Below, piece after piece: positions 1-13,546 of a DNA stretch of 64,000 nt. This DNA is from Amoebophrya sp. A120 (Eukaryota; Protista; Dinoflagellata). A program made the translations under genes and the position numbers. A model generated the notes under the pieces. It searched no databases, was not told where the DNA came from, and saw only the letters and a list, made by a program, of their open reading frames with translations. The stretch is taken from NCBI GenBank assembly GCA_905178155.1, contig CAJINV010000001.1:16395166-16459165 (forward strand), written 5' to 3'. Position 1 is the stretch's first letter. Every line of letters starts with the position of its first letter.

Positions 1-1
1 G

Positions 2-721
2 GCTGAAATTTTGGGGCAGAGCGCTGCCGACGAAGCAGGTGGTGGCGGCAACGGCGAATCTGATGATTGCTTTTCCCTGTTCCGCGACGACGTTCTCCAG
101 AGACTGTTTCAGGCCGGAGCGTATTTGTCGCAGTACTATGCGCAAAAAGACACATTTCTAGCAGAAGAGAAGGTGCAAAGGCTGCGAGAGGCGAAATCGC
201 TTCAGAAGGCAGCGGAAGTGGCGGATCAAGAATGTATGCGATGGTGTCATCCGTCACTGCCCGCAGGCTGCATCACAGAGCATGAAGCAGTTCCGCTTGT
301 GAGAAGGGATCACGGAGTATCGGGTGGGAAGAATGGAAGTGGAGCAGCAAGAACCGCGAAGTGGTATGCCTTTCTAGGATCCGGATATCGAGACAACCCA
401 GTTTACAAAACGGCACTAGACCAGGGGTTCGCTCGGAGATTCGATGACGGCGCAGGGGTGAAGTTGCTGCAAAATCGGTTGCTGGAGCTCAAGGTTGTCG
501 GCAAACACTCTGGACTGAGCAGCAGCAACCGCACTTCGGCAAACTGCGACACGAGGCTGTACACGCAACAAGTGTACCACAACGAAGAAGACTGCAATTT
601 GATTATCTTCGACAAGGAAGGAAATCACGAGAAGATAGCGCGTGAAGTTCAGCACGCGGGGCTCAAGTGGATCCCTGCATTCTCAGCAACGCCTGAACCA
701 GAGCAAGAGGAAAGCGCGTGA
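2..721 (+). CDS. 3' part of a hypothetical protein; C-terminus weakly resembles a RelE/ParE-like nuclease fold
   Basis: Frame is open from the window start to TGA at 719-721. The C-terminal pattern GVKLLQNRLLELKV...DTRLY...LIIFDKEGNH is a resemblance only. Confidence 0.5.
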   Translation, partial: AEILGQSAADEAGGGGNGESDDCFSLFRDDVLQRLFQAGAYLSQYYAQKDTFLAEEKVQRLREAKSLQKAAEVADQECMRWCHPSLPAGCITEHEAVPLVRRDHGVSGGKNGSGAARTAKWYAFLGSGYRDNPVYKTALDQGFARRFDDGAGVKLLQNRLLELKVVGKHSGLSSSNRTSANCDTRLYTQQVYHNEEDCNLIIFDKEGNHEKIAREVQHAGLKWIPAFSATPEPEQEESA

Positions 722-1103
722 CGGTGCTATCAAGAACACTACACTACGAAGGGCCAGCACTTGCTCGACTTACATACGCAACCTAACGAAGAAGTCATTG
801 GTCATCCCCGTCCCTCCATTTTTAAAACCTGAAAGATAAACAGCATTGGAAAAGTACAAGAACCCCATTCAAGCGAACAACTCATTGCCTCTTCAACGCT
901 CTACACAGCTACATACATTCATTCTCCGTACTGATGTGGCTGCCTCGATGAAGCGGTAAATTGAGCCGCTTGTCCAGCTGAGTATCCTGTTGGATACCTG
1001 TCCTCTCACGTCTTGCACGAAATTGATGTCTTACCGTTACCTGTGCAATCTTTTAGAAGTCTTTTAGAAGCATACACAATTGAAAAGTGTCGTCATTTCG
1101 TAT

Positions 1104-1168
1104 CCGTCTTAGTCTTTTCGTCAGCCGTACTGCATGCCAAGCCGTCTTAGTCTTTTCGTCAGCCGTAC
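1104..1168. repeat. 27-bp direct repeat
   Basis: CCGTCTTAGTCTTTTCGTCAGCCGTAC at 1104-1130 and 1142-1168. Confidence 0.9.
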
Positions 1169-1347
1169 AGAGGTGTGGCCTGAGCCGACCGCTGTTTGTG
1201 AGAACGAGAGCGATTCTGAGAGCCGTACTGCGTCGTGCAGGCAAAAAAAGGTGAAGATGCAGCGGGAATAATGGTTGATTTTTTAATGAAAGAAATGAAA
1301 GAGGAGGATGAGAAGATTGTGCACCCCCTAGAGTCCAGAAGATCAGT

Positions 1348-3274
1348 ATGTGGCGCGTCTTCGCCCAGCAGTTTGTGGACGACCGAGATGCGGTCCGCGT
1401 GGAGGATTTCGTCAGTGTATTTGGCGCTCCGTCCAGCAGCGCTGTACCAGCGCACCACACGCACGCCGAAGTTGCGTCGCGGCTCAAAACGGGCAGCATG
1501 GCGCAGACGCGAACGGCCGCGGCGAAGATTGCTGGCGGGGCCACGAAATCGAGCGGGACCCCGTCGGAGGCAGAAGCGAAGAAGGCTACGACGCTGCTAG
1601 AGGTGAGACCGAATTTTCAGCCACGACTGGTGTGATGATTTACAAGCAAATCTTCATTGCCACTTCGACTTCAGCAATCATACTTATTCCTCTGGTGCGT
1701 GGCGGCCGGACAGGCTTTCGTTATTTTGATTTTCCGCGCCATTCAAAAAAAGAAGCAAACTGAACAGGACACTGAGGACGCGCCGGATCCTGAGTTCGCG
1801 AGGAAATTGGAACTCGCACAGGAATGGGAACGCATACAGATGGAAAAACGCCAAAAGCAAGCGAAGCAGGCGCGGGAGGGCAGAACAAACAAGAAGTCCA
1901 CTGGTGTTCGACCGGAAAAAAAGCAGGGTGCTATTAACCCTTCTTCAGGGGAGAGCAAAGTGGCGCAGGAACATCTCCTTGCTCTTCCGCCTGCAGGTAG
2001 TCCGGACGGCAGCAACGCATCGCAACAGCTGGTGTGTCGGAGCTCGAGCAGTATGTTGGTCAAAAGAAAGAAGATGGCCACCGCAGAAGTAGTGAGCGAA
2101 ATGTCCAATTGCCGAGGCGACGGTGGACCGTGGGAAACGCGCGACGCGGAAGGGGAGAGGCCCGACTCACAGACCAAGGCTGGGGCAAACATCATGGTGG
2201 GAGAACCGGAGCACCGCCTTAGTACTATTGCCGCGACTGAAGAACCTGCATCTACAGATGCGATCATTGAGCCGACACAGGAACACGACGTTGCCTCTGG
2301 AAGCACCTTTCTGTTGACTGCTGTGCCGCTCGACAACGGGGGCGCACCTACGGCGTTGCGTGCCGGGGGCAAAGTATTTTCAACTTGCACAGACGGACAT
2401 TTGTATTTGATCTGAACTTTCACCATTTATTTTTCAAATTGATCCGTGAATGGCGTCACAGAGATTCAATCATTTTTCTTTTTCACAGGGACCAGAGCAA
2501 AATCCGGACAAAAGTGTTGCTGGTATTGCCCGCGCAGCGCAGAGTGCTTCTTCATCAGCCGCTGGTAGAGAAAAGCAGTGCAGAGCGCCGCTCCCTCCTG
2601 CCGAAGTCGCCCCAGAAAAGCGAAACTTTCGAGGGAGGCGCACCTTCGCTACACGTAACAAAGCGGCCCCGGGCGGTACTACACGAAGAGGCGATCGGAG
2701 CCAAGGTGCGGCTTCCGCACCTTCCGTATCGCGGCTTGCTAGGACGCCAGCTGTTGGGTCACCGCGAAGCCAGCATCCCAAAGAACCAACGGAAGACTAC
2801 GATGCTGTGCAGGAGGATCAGATTACCTCCGGCGAAGATTTCTACGCGTATTTGAAGGCGCGGTCTGCAGCAGCTGGGCTGCGGAATGCCATCGACCCAG
2901 CAAATGGCGGCACTTCTAAAGGGACGGAAATCGTGCCCGCGGCGCCGCAAGAAAGGCACAAGATGAACATGTATTCCAACCAGGTGGTTGCGCACGGCTA
3001 CTTTCCGCAAGCTCCCAGTAGCACCAAGCACAAACTGCGCATGGTGCAGAAGCGAATTCTAAATCAGGCAGCAGGTGCAGTCCGGGCGTATCGACACGAA
3101 GTTCGCGAGCAGCTGCAAAAGGTGTTACGCGTTAGCGAGTTGTCCTACGACGATGACCGCAGCAAGGAAATTCTAAAGACTACGACGTTCACGCGCCAGA
3201 TCCAGGAATGGAATCGAATCCGAGCCATAGGAATGAAAACGGAAAAGCGATTTCTGGTGCCGCTGGTTCGGTGA
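1348..3274 (+). CDS. hypothetical low-complexity protein, probably 3 exons
   Basis: ORFs 1348-1602, ~1756-2373 and 2489-3274 can be joined in frame by GT-AG introns (GTGAG...AAG; GTATT...CACAG). No family recognised; start uncertain. Confidence 0.45.
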
Positions 3275-4067
3275 TTTGGAGGTGGGACATGGGAAATCCA
3301 GGGCGCCGTAAAATCTAAAGAATTTAGTTCATCCCCAGAGAGGCTGCTTTCTCACTCGTGGAAAACGAGAGAGGCATGACCGTTTCGAATAAGTACCCTT
3401 GGATGTGGCGTGAAATTTTAATTTGTATGATATCATTGCGCGCGTGCCTCCAGTGGACGGACACATGACCTGAGCAACTTCAGCTTTAAAAAAAAATCTA
3501 AATACAGATCCCGCTTTCACTGCCATGTGAGCGCCCACGCAATCGGAAATGTGCAGGAAGAAATGAGATAGCCATTCCATCTCTTTGTTGGTTCTACACG
3601 TTCCGACTCTAAGTTTAGATCCTTAAACTGATATTTGGCTTTGATGAACCGAAGATCATCTTGAATAATTTTGCTTCCAGTATCGATCCTTGGAAATATG
3701 CAGTGTGGACTAAAGGATCTCTCGACGAGGATGGCATTAAATTAACGCTCGAAGATCATACCGTGATTGCGAGATCGTGTCAAAGATGAAAAAGATCTTG
3801 CCTGAAATTTAGATTACGCTGGTCCGGAAAAATCTTCCAAACAGAAAAAGTGGATCTGAAACACAGCTGTGGATCCTGTCAAATCGGAAGCCGATCCGTT
3901 GAGGCGCTGTCTTTGATCTGCAAAAGTGGAAGAGCTCGATGCTTGAGTTCGAACAAAAACTTGACTTTCCGATATCAACGCTCTTCTCCTCCTTTTTTTT
4001 CGCACAGGGAACCGTGAGGCTTTAGATTAGAGTCGGTTTACAGCACTGCAACACCTCTTTTGGCAAG

Positions 4068-4811
4068 ATGGGTCTGGTCACCGTGCGCACGCGCAAGTTC
4101 AAGAACAACCCGCTCTTGGGCCGCAAGCAGTTCGTCATCGATGTTGTCCACCCGGGTGCGGCTAACGTGTCCAAGAAGGACATCACCGACAAAATCGCCA
4201 CCATGTACAAGGTATCACAGGGAAGCGCTAATTTAGATTTTTTGGTTTGGTGCGATGCTTTGAAACGCCGTGGTCCCTGGAAACGTCATTGGGTTTTCAT
4301 GAAGTTTTTGTTTACCTGATGTTGCGCATGACGAGTCTGCAATCTAAATCAGAAAAAAAAGTTGGTGACACCGAGAGATCTTTTTTACTTTCGAAAAACA
4401 GGTGAAGGACTCCAAGCAGATCTCCGTCTTCGGATTCCACACTGCCTTCGGCGGTGGCCGCTCCTCCGGAATGGGACTCATCTACGACTCCCTGGACAAG
4501 GTCAAGCAGTTCGAGCCGAAGTATAATCTTGTTACAACTAGGATTTTTTGATAGAGACACTTGCTCATGTTTCACACCTGCTTACGCATCTCCGTTTTGC
4601 ATAGCGTCCTCTTCTAAAACCGCATCTCATCCTCTACTTAATTGTTCCAAAACCGTATCGCAGGTTCCGCTGCAAGCGTCACGGCGTCGAGAAGCCGCAG
4701 AAGCGCAAGCGCATTGGACGCCGCAACTTGAAGAAGATGAAGCTCAACCTGCTCAAGGCCCCGCGTGGCAAGAAGAAGACCGAGATCAAGAAGACCGCTG
4801 GTGCTTTGTAA
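4068..4811 (+). CDS. RPS24: 40S ribosomal protein S24 (eS24), 3 exons
   Basis: [27 protein letters not shown]...[22 protein letters not shown]...FEPKFR. Exons 4068-4211, 4402-4520, 4664-4811 with GTAT...CAG introns. Confidence 0.97.
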
Positions 4812-5831
4812 GGTGTTGAACCTTCCAGAACGTCACGAACACATCCGTTGTCATTGAACTCGTGATCTGAACCCATTTGAACACGTAGCAGAGGTATTGA
4901 CCGTCTCGACACGCCGACTCTAAAAAACGAAGGAAGTAGAACAATGCGACGACGCATTATGTTGTGACTGCTTGTTGTTACCAGTGTGTTCAAAAAGCTT
5001 TGACGTATTCTCGCTCGCCCATGAAAGAATGATCTGTAAAGGGATGTGCCGCACCTTCTCAATTACGAGTGCGTAGTTCTAGGGGTCTGCTTCAGTGTAT
5101 CAAAATGTTTGTGCATTGGGAACTTTTTTAGAGATGAGTGCGAGAGGAGAGATACCTGGGTACAGATAGGAAAAAAGACATCTTTGGGTCGGTTTTTTCA
5201 CTCTCCCCATTACTCTAGAAAACGATATTTCTCACAGATAATTACTTTGCGCCGCTCGGGGGCAACATTGATGACAACATTCCTAGTCCGCCTATACATA
5301 GTTCTCCATCTTCATTTTTCGTCATGCACGCCAGACATAAAGGCCCTTCGGTGGCATTGGGGTTCCGCAGTGGAGTCTAAATCAATTGCGTTATCGGATT
5401 TGCTTTTATCGCGTTGCGATGTCCTCACCATGTCAACATACCGAACCGTATCAATAGTGCTAGTAGCAAGCTTGTTGAGAGGACAAAGAGAGACACAGAA
5501 AGACTTTAGCCGTATAAGCTAAGCGAGAAGCCTCAAAAAATCAAAATGGGAGTCTTGAGCAAATCCGGTGCTTGGGTCAGTTCCAAGGGATTGGAGGCCA
5601 GCGTGGCCATGAAAGAGGGCGTCGTTAGCGAATTGGAACGATGCCAGAAAGCCATCGCCAGTCTGCTGAAGGTGCTTTATGGCAGCTTGCTTGGTTTTAG
5701 TTTTGCACCATGACCGAAATTTCGTGCTCATTTTCTTGCATAAAGATGCGGAATTTCTTGTGTAATCCGTTCGATGATCTCTTTTCTAGGACTCATAGAC
5801 ACGATTCCAGAGAATACGTCCATTTCAGGTG

Positions 5832-7521
5832 ATGCCGTCCTTTCCGTGTGATGCCGTCGCGTCTGCTTGCGCGTCAGTGAAGGCAATATTAGACAAGATT
5901 CAGGAGATCGAGGTACTTACTAGAGTTTCATGTGCGGAATGAATGACGTAGGCATGCTGACGAGTTCTGTGCTTGTTCAACCAAATGTCTTGTTCGCCCA
6001 CTCATGCTCATTCATGATCCACGCAACGTGGCACATCTTTTTTTTCCACGAATTTGGCAGGCCGTCGCGTGGTCCAAGGAGAAGCTGTACGGGCTGTACA
6101 TCCTGCTGATTGGATCCATCGAAAGCATCATCGGGTAGAGTAGTGTTTGCGAATTAGTTCTATGCCTCATGTTGCATCATCCGTGTCGACAACACCGTGC
6201 AACCTAAAGACGGTAATGTGGCAGTCCCAAGTTCAGTTGTACACGAAACTGCCCAACTAGGTCCATTTCCCCGTTCGTCGTGCAGCCGATGTTGTGGGTG
6301 AAAGACCAGCTGATTGGCGTGTGCATGACCCTGACTACCTTCTGCTACACGGTGTTTGGCAAGATCGATGACTCCCTCGTGACGCCGATCGTTATGGCGG
6401 GAACCAACACGGGTTATCAAAGTGAAAAATCCCCCATCCCCATATCGGAAACGGAAGATGCGCGAACTTGTGATGCTGTATTTGAGTACACAAATCGACT
6501 TGTATTGCTAGAAGGCCAAGAGACGAAGCTGCGGCCTAAATTGCAGGCAATCTGTCATGATGTTTCCCACTTCCATTTGCCTCCTGTCATCCTGGAGCTG
6601 CAAGGCCTTCCCACGCCAACCAGCACTGCAGTCCGCATCTTTTCCCTTCTAGCATGACAAAGCTGATTTGTGGCCACAAATCTGCATCACAGATTTCCGT
6701 TTTGATATGGGGAGGGGGCATTTTTCATGGTAATGCGGGTGTGTGCTTGTACACCACCGCCAAGGACATTACCTACACGCAGTACGCAATGGTCAAGGAC
6801 GGGCTCGTCATGCCAGTGGTCTCCACCGTCAACGCAGCTGTGGTAAGTTGTTTTTCGTCGTGTGCACAAAATTGGTCCACCACAGCCATTGTTTGGTTTC
6901 TACTACCTCCAAGATGCAGCTCGGCGCAGCTTGGCTTCTGTCTCGTTCTTTTCTCAGCGACAGCGTCATGGTAAACAAAAACCGCGATACTTTATTTCCC
7001 CAGGTCTCCCCAGCGTACAGTGCGGCGTCTTGCGTCGCAAAGGGTGCCACGTCAAAAGCCATCAACGTCAGTGCCTGGGTGGATTCCAAGCTCAGTCTGG
7101 TCAGCATGATGGCAGCCGTTGTGGAGAAGTCCAAGAAGTTGGATGAGTGTGTCACCTCCGGTACACGAGATAGACCTTTTTGTTTTTTATGTTGCACTTG
7201 CATACAAGCGCACGTGCGCGACAGGCCCTTCATTTTTTTCTAGACGTTCTTAGCATCGTGAAGTAGAAAGTCAGCAATAAGAACCGCATCGCAGGTGCGA
7301 TTGAGAAGAAGTTGGTCCGCCCGGCGCTGGCAACTGCGACCTCCTTGGATTCCAAGTACCTCGGCGGCAGCACGCAGGACCTGATTAGCTCCACGGTGGT
7401 GCAGTTTCAGGAGGCGAAGGGCGTCCCGGTCGTCCCGGCGGTCACGGTGAAGCCAGTTGCCAACAAAACCGCCGCCGGCGCGCCTACCATCTCGCGTCCG
7501 CAGGTCGTGCGCCAGCACTAA
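5832..7521 (+). CDS. hypothetical protein with hydrophobic/amphipathic helices, ~6 exons
   Basis: GC3-rich exons ~5832-5911, 6061-6134, 6261-6414, 6741-6842, 7004-7160, 7295-7521 join in frame. One junction is the TIR element 6415-6735. Confidence 0.65.
6415..6735. mobile_element. introner-like TIR element in exon (TSD CGGGT)
   Basis: CGGGT at 6410-6414 and 6736-6740. Imperfect TIR (TGAAAAATCCCCCATCCCATATC..AAACGGAA / TTCCGTTTTGATATGGGGAGGGGGCATTTTTCA). Internal GCATGACAA. Removal with one TSD gives in-frame NTG|VCLY. Confidence 0.8.
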
Positions 7522-9728
7522 ACTATTGCATCTTCCCTGAAAATTGACTTGTGTCAAAATGTCAATCTGCAATAAACCGTTTGTAGCTAGAGTAAAATTT
7601 GTGTTTTTGACAGGACCCCCGCTTCACGATAGGTTTGTTCAGACGAGGCAAAGCAATGAATCTATCCATCCTCGGATGTTGGATCGATCTAAATTTTTTT
7701 CCGAGCAGGGTACAAGATGACCGGTCGGAGGACCACTCTATCTTGCGAAATACAGTAAGCTTGTGCAGTGGCGGTGCAGGAGATGTAGTCACTGTAATTT
7801 GATGAGAGCCCTTTTTGTCTACTGCAAACATGGGCGGCACATCTGTGAGCTGTCGCGTGTTTGTGCTGGACAATCTAACGCCTCGAGCTCAACTGGTGGG
7901 GTGTCCAGTATCCACCTCCGCGCCCGACAGCTGCATCCTCCGTGAAACGATGGTGTAGCAGGGGGGCGAGGGGAAGTCGTAAAGTACAATTTTCCTTGTG
8001 CCCAATTTGCTCTACACAAACATAGGTGAGACATGGAACGTACACTACATTTGCTTTCGATAGAAACTATTTGGCTTCATACAAAACTAACAGAGCATGG
8101 TATTGCTTCCTGACACGCAATCTTCAAATTTGACAAAAACCTAAATTAGAATCTGAACAATGCAGTACTCCTAACCTTGATACGCAAAAAAATCTCAAAT
8201 AGGTGTTGTGCGATGCGTTATGTAAAAAGCTTGCATGATGCACTTGTACGAATTTCGTCGCTGCGGAGCAAGAAGCGGCCGAGAAATCGTTATGATATCG
8301 TATCTGTCGTTGTCCTAGAAGTACCGATGCTTATGAATAGCCTTCTCGCTGCGCTTCTTGGCTTTTTTTTTTTCGATACGGTTCGCGCTATCCGGGGGAC
8401 CCTGACCACCCATAATGTACTTACTAGGCGAGGATCTCGATGATCCCCTGAACAGTTTTGCAGAGGAACGCGCGTGAGCTGGTGTGGCGTACGTGTCCCT
8501 CAACAAGCTACACTGCTAGTTCAGGCTATCTGGCTACCCGATAATTTTCCTCTACGCGCAGGCATTTTATTCGCAGGAATGGAAACTATTTCGAAGATCC
8601 ATCGCAATTGCACTTCAAGCGCCAAAGTGGTCAAAGCGTCAGTTGTAGTGGAAGCTTCGCACGGTTACCATCTCCTCACGAAGCGAAATCTGTCGCGCCA
8701 TGCTCATGATGATGTTTACGTCTGCTATGCTCAATGTTATCATATTTTTTTTACCGAAAAGAACAACTTCAATCACAATTTTCCGGCCAAAATAAATCAC
8801 ATCTTCGAATTTCAACACAAAAAAAGCCTTTCCTCCACTCGATTTTGAACAGAGCCTCAGCCTGCTTATCTGAGCAGACTAGCGCTGAAAGTATACTAGC
8901 AAACAAGTTTCGATTTTTTGCTATGATGATTTTCCCTAAAGAATGTTTGCATTATGCCTACAAAAGTTAGTTTCGGAGGCAGCAATGTTGTGCAAAATAT
9001 CGGTCGACCGTAGAATGCAGATATGCAACATTCGCCGGGTCTGCAGGGGATGATTCTGCATGTTGGTCTTGCTTCATTCTTGCGAAGATGGGAGCTGAGT
9101 CGTGACCCTTTATTGGTAGCATTGTACAGTGCACGATACTGAAGAATGAAGACGAGAAATATAAAAATGTACGTGAAAATTTTCCTCTTCGTGCCAGTGA
9201 GGCGATGATGCTCGGTGGTCGGCACGAATTACCGTTGCACGCCAACTACACCGGTCTACGTTATGATTGGACTTTGACAGTAACGTTTCAAATAAGAAGC
9301 TGCGATTTTTTGTCCTGGTTCTGCGGGTTTGCGCTCCCAAGTCGCGGGTCTTCCGCCTTGAGACCAAGATATGTTCACAGTGGTGGTTGAAGGAAAAAGG
9401 TGTAGCTTCTCTTGTCAGCATGCGATTAGAAACCAAACGAGCAGCCCGTTTTCGTGGACTCGCATCACTTTGGAGGAGTGCTTGAGATAGCTGAGCGACA
9501 AGCAAAAAGCATTAAATTTTCCGTTCTCGAACGCTTCTTACAATTCACTAGAATATTTGTGTTGAACAAAGACATAAAGACGCGCGAACATCACCCGATG
9601 TGGCAGCGCCGATCTTCTTGAGACTTCAACATGGAGTAATGGCTAGGCGTGCATAGCTCTAAAGAACGGCTCCAGCTTCGCCCGAAATTCGATTTTGCGC
9701 GGAGCAACGAATACATTTCACACCCAAA

Positions 9729-12715
9729 ATGAAGACGTCGTCGTCTTTGCTCCCCGAAGACTCCTCTGCATCTAGCGACGTGAAAAAGCTTCCTTCCCGC
9801 CTCAGCGTCGACATGAATGCCGCCAGGAGAGGCACCACCAAGCCTATGGCTGTCGGTCCATCGCCCTCCACGTCGTCGTCGTCCTCCTCTTCTCGGGATC
9901 TGTGCAACGGCCTCGAAGCAATGCGGGCACGAATACGGAATTTGCACCAGCAATACGGAGATTCTCTGGAGGAGGTGGAGGCAAATCTGTCGCGCATGGA
10001 TTTTGCAGATGTGGAGTCGAGTCGCAGTCGCGAGCAGGGGAACCCCGGCACAGTTGCAGAAAAGGCCAACTTTTCGGCCGGCGGGTCTAGCGGAAGAGTA
10101 GCGGGTCTTGCAAATGACAAGCCTTTGGCAGCCACGCAGGCGGAGGTGGACAGGATGAACTCCCTTATCCGCGCCAGTCGCGAGAGCGATAGGAGCAGCC
10201 GAAGTGGCAACAAACCTGTAAGCGATTCTGGACACACGGATGTCGTACCGCGCAGCAGGGGCACTGGTGTCGGGCATATTACACCAGGTGCGGTCAGCGC
10301 GCAGCGGTCGTCCGGCGAGCTGCGTTTGAGTAATCAGAAGAGTGCCAGTTTTGCCAAGAGCAACGGGGACCTCCGCTCGCAAAACAACGCAGCGTCCAAC
10401 GGCGTTACTTCGCTGTTATCCTACCTGGACACGGTAGACCAAGAGAACCAGCAGGACCTGGCGGCAATCGACCGTCGCAGCGATTTGCGGCAGAGCAGCG
10501 CGGCAGAGGTTGTTGCAGACCGTCTTTCGCTTCTGGAAATCGAACTGACCGATAAGCGGGAAACGGTACAGAGACTCAGACAGGCCCTGGACAGGCAAAA
10601 AAAGGACGCTGCCGAACGGGATCTCCAACTGCAAAAGGTACATCTAATCTGCATGTTCTTTACTCCTCACCTCGTCGACGGACACCTGGCATGGAAATCG
10701 CAAAGTCACTTTCCCTTACTAGAGCACTTTTCGTGAATTTGGAATAAGAGTGTTTTTTTACCAACAGGCCTCTGCAGATCAGCTCGCGGCGCAAAAGAAG
10801 GAATGCGATGAGCAGGTGGAGCGGCAGTTGGTGCTATGCGACCGCTTGCTGAAGGAGAAAACGGACTTGACAAAGCGCATTTCGAGCTTGGCCGAGGAAC
10901 TCAAAACTGCAGAACGGAAATTTTCGAAAAAGGTTGAAGAGCTGCAGGAGGGTATGATTGTGTGTTTCGCTCTTCCTTCACCGGTATAGATTTCCTGATA
11001 GTGTCGATCGAAGTTAGCTCCGTGCGTCAGTGGCGAACTAGCACACAAAATCAAACAATGTCAAAGTATTCAAAAATCCTAAATTAACAGATCACGCGAA
11101 GGATGTCGCACGTCAAAAGCAGAACTGGGCAACGAGTGAGCGTTTGCGGCGGGAGAACTGGGAAAAGGAAAAGACAAAAGAGATCAAGGAGATCACTATC
11201 AAGGGATTGGAGCCCGAAATCGAGCGGATATTGAGCGCTCACAGGACGGAAAAGAAGCGCATCGAAGAGCAGCACCAAGTGGAAAAAACTGAATTGCAGT
11301 CCGATTTGGAACGAAGGTAGGTAGTGGAACCCAACAAGATTGTCCTCCTACTGTTTTTCTTTTTTACAATCTCTACAACGTGAGTATTGAGTACCACATC
11401 ATCTGCCGCAAACGGGTTTCCCACGCACAGAAAACATGATCAGAAGAGAACAAGAATCGATATTCAGGTATGAGCGTCGATTGCAGGAAGCTCGCGAAGC
11501 ATCGCGGCGGGAAACGGACCGGTTACTGGAAGCGGAGCAAGACCGGCAGCGGGCCAAACTGGACGAGAAGACGGGGCAAATCAGCAAGACGCACCAGGAC
11601 GAGCGCAAGCGGCACCTGGAAGACGTGCGGCAGATGCAGGAAACGTGCGACAAGCGGGTAAACGAGCTCCAGCTGCATTGGGAGAAGCAGCTGCGCGAGC
11701 TGCAACAGAAGTTCCGTTCGGAGCTGGACGCAAAAGACGCGGACCTGCAACAGCTCAAGCAGAAAGCGCGACAGGAATTCGAACAGGAAGAGAAGGAATT
11801 GCGAGAAAAGCTGCGGCTCGACGGTGAGGCGACGCGAACCAAATTAGAGGAGCAGTTCACCGCACGGGTAAAACAAGCCGAAGTGGACATTCGAGCGGAG
11901 GTACAAAAAAAGCGAGACTGGGAAATCGAGCAATTGACAACGAGGCTCGGAAAGGAGCAGCTGGACCTCGAGCGGCAGTTCGCCACGAAACTAGAGACGG
12001 AGAAGACCGTATCGAGGGAGAAAAATGTGGCGTGGTCATGCTGGAACTACTAATTATTCGACGAGCGCAAATAATATTTACGACCAAACAATCTTGATCA
12101 ATCTATCACCAACATCGGTAGGCGTAGTCTACCTTTGTTCCTGTTTCATTCACGCAACAATATTTTTCTCATGCATAGTCCGCATTGTGGGACAAGATGG
12201 CCGCGGAGCACGGCGCACTGTCCGCAAAGTTGACGGCCGCCATGGAGGCAACCGCCAGCGCGGAGGTCCGACTGCTGGAGGCAGAGAAGACGCGGAACGA
12301 CGCCGACACGAGCAAGGACTTGGTCACGACCGAGCTGGTGGATGTCAAGGACCGACTGGCGCACGCGCTGCGCAAGGCGGACCTGGCGGAGAGCCAGAAA
12401 CAGGAAGTAAACAAGCAGCAGCAAATGCAGGAAGTGCAGCATGACCGCGAGGTTCAACTCTTGACCGAGCAGTTGAAGTCGTCCCAAGCCGCTCTCGCGG
12501 ACGCGGAGCAGGCCAAAGCTCTCGGCGAGAAGGCGAGCGCCGAGCGCGAGGCCGAAAGCGCACGCGTGCTGGAGGAACGGGTCCGCAGCACGCTGGCGAA
12601 AAAGGACGGCACCATCGAAGACCTGAAGCGCCGACTCAGCTCGAAGGACAACCAAATCAAGGAATGCGAATTCATGTTGCAGAAACAACGCGAGGAGCTC
12701 CTTTCTGGGTTGTGA
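9729..12715 (+). CDS. CEP131: centrosomal protein CEP131 / AZI1-like coiled-coil protein
   Basis: LLSYLD motif and the exon ~11091-11316 reading KEIKEITIKGLEPEIERILSAH, which matches the CEP131 core. Long coiled coil. Introns near 10638, 10952, 11317 and 12009. Confidence 0.8.
12010..12177. mobile_element. decayed introner-like TIR element forming a CEP131 intron
   Basis: TAT...ATA termini; flanks GACCG/GTCCG (4/5). IR GAGAAAAAT..TGGCGTG / CACGCAACAATATTTTTCTC. Internal GTCATGCTG. Confidence 0.65.
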
Positions 12716-13546
12716 CTGCGAGAAATAAGTAGCGATTTCTGTACTTGTGCTGTTATGCAAATCGAGACAACATCTCTCAGTTGCAGTACTTACTCACACA
12801 ATGTTCCACTTCTGCCACCTCTGCAATTCGATGACGATGGGGTTCCATTTATCAACGATCCTATATCATTTGCAAAACGGCGCACACACAGAATTTGAAA
12901 ATTGAAAAAGCACGGCAACAGATCAGTGTTTAGAGAGCCTCGTTGTGTTCGTCAGAGATCGTCAAGCACAGAGACGGAACAATGCCTGAGCTAGAGCACA
13001 TTGAAAGTGCTTGGTCGATTTCGTCTCGTCGTGCTCGCAACCTCGATTTGCTTCCGATGCTCGCACTAGCCCTTCTCGTTCTGAGCGCCTGTTCCTTGTG
13101 GTGATTGCTGATATCTATGCTTCTTGGTTGTTTAAAACGATTACGATAAAGGTGACACCTCAACATGATTACAATGATTCAATCTCTTGCTCGTTAAAGG
13201 CGGAAGTTCTTGAAGGCAAGGTTTTTTTTGAAACATAAGCCTTTGTTTCTATTGAACCAGCACGTCGCTCGTCCTAGGAATAGACAACGCTAGAATTCTA
13301 CTCCGAATCAATCGGACGGGACGATAATCGAGCACCTGCTGTACTGCATAGTATCCGTCGAACCAACGACTCCCGCGAGAAACCTGCAGTGCGGCGACTT
13401 CGGTTGTGCCGAAGCGCTCATCGGGGGACTCCGCTTCCTCCAGCGGGCATAATGCGGCTGCAATCACTCTTCCCCCTGTGATTGTTTGCATGTTGAGGCA
13501 TCGATAACACGCCACGAACAAGCAGGAGTTCACAAGCACAGGCGAG

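Noticed and set aside
7562-9505. Short ORFs in the intergenic region
   Set aside because: AT-rich, no codon bias and no motifs.
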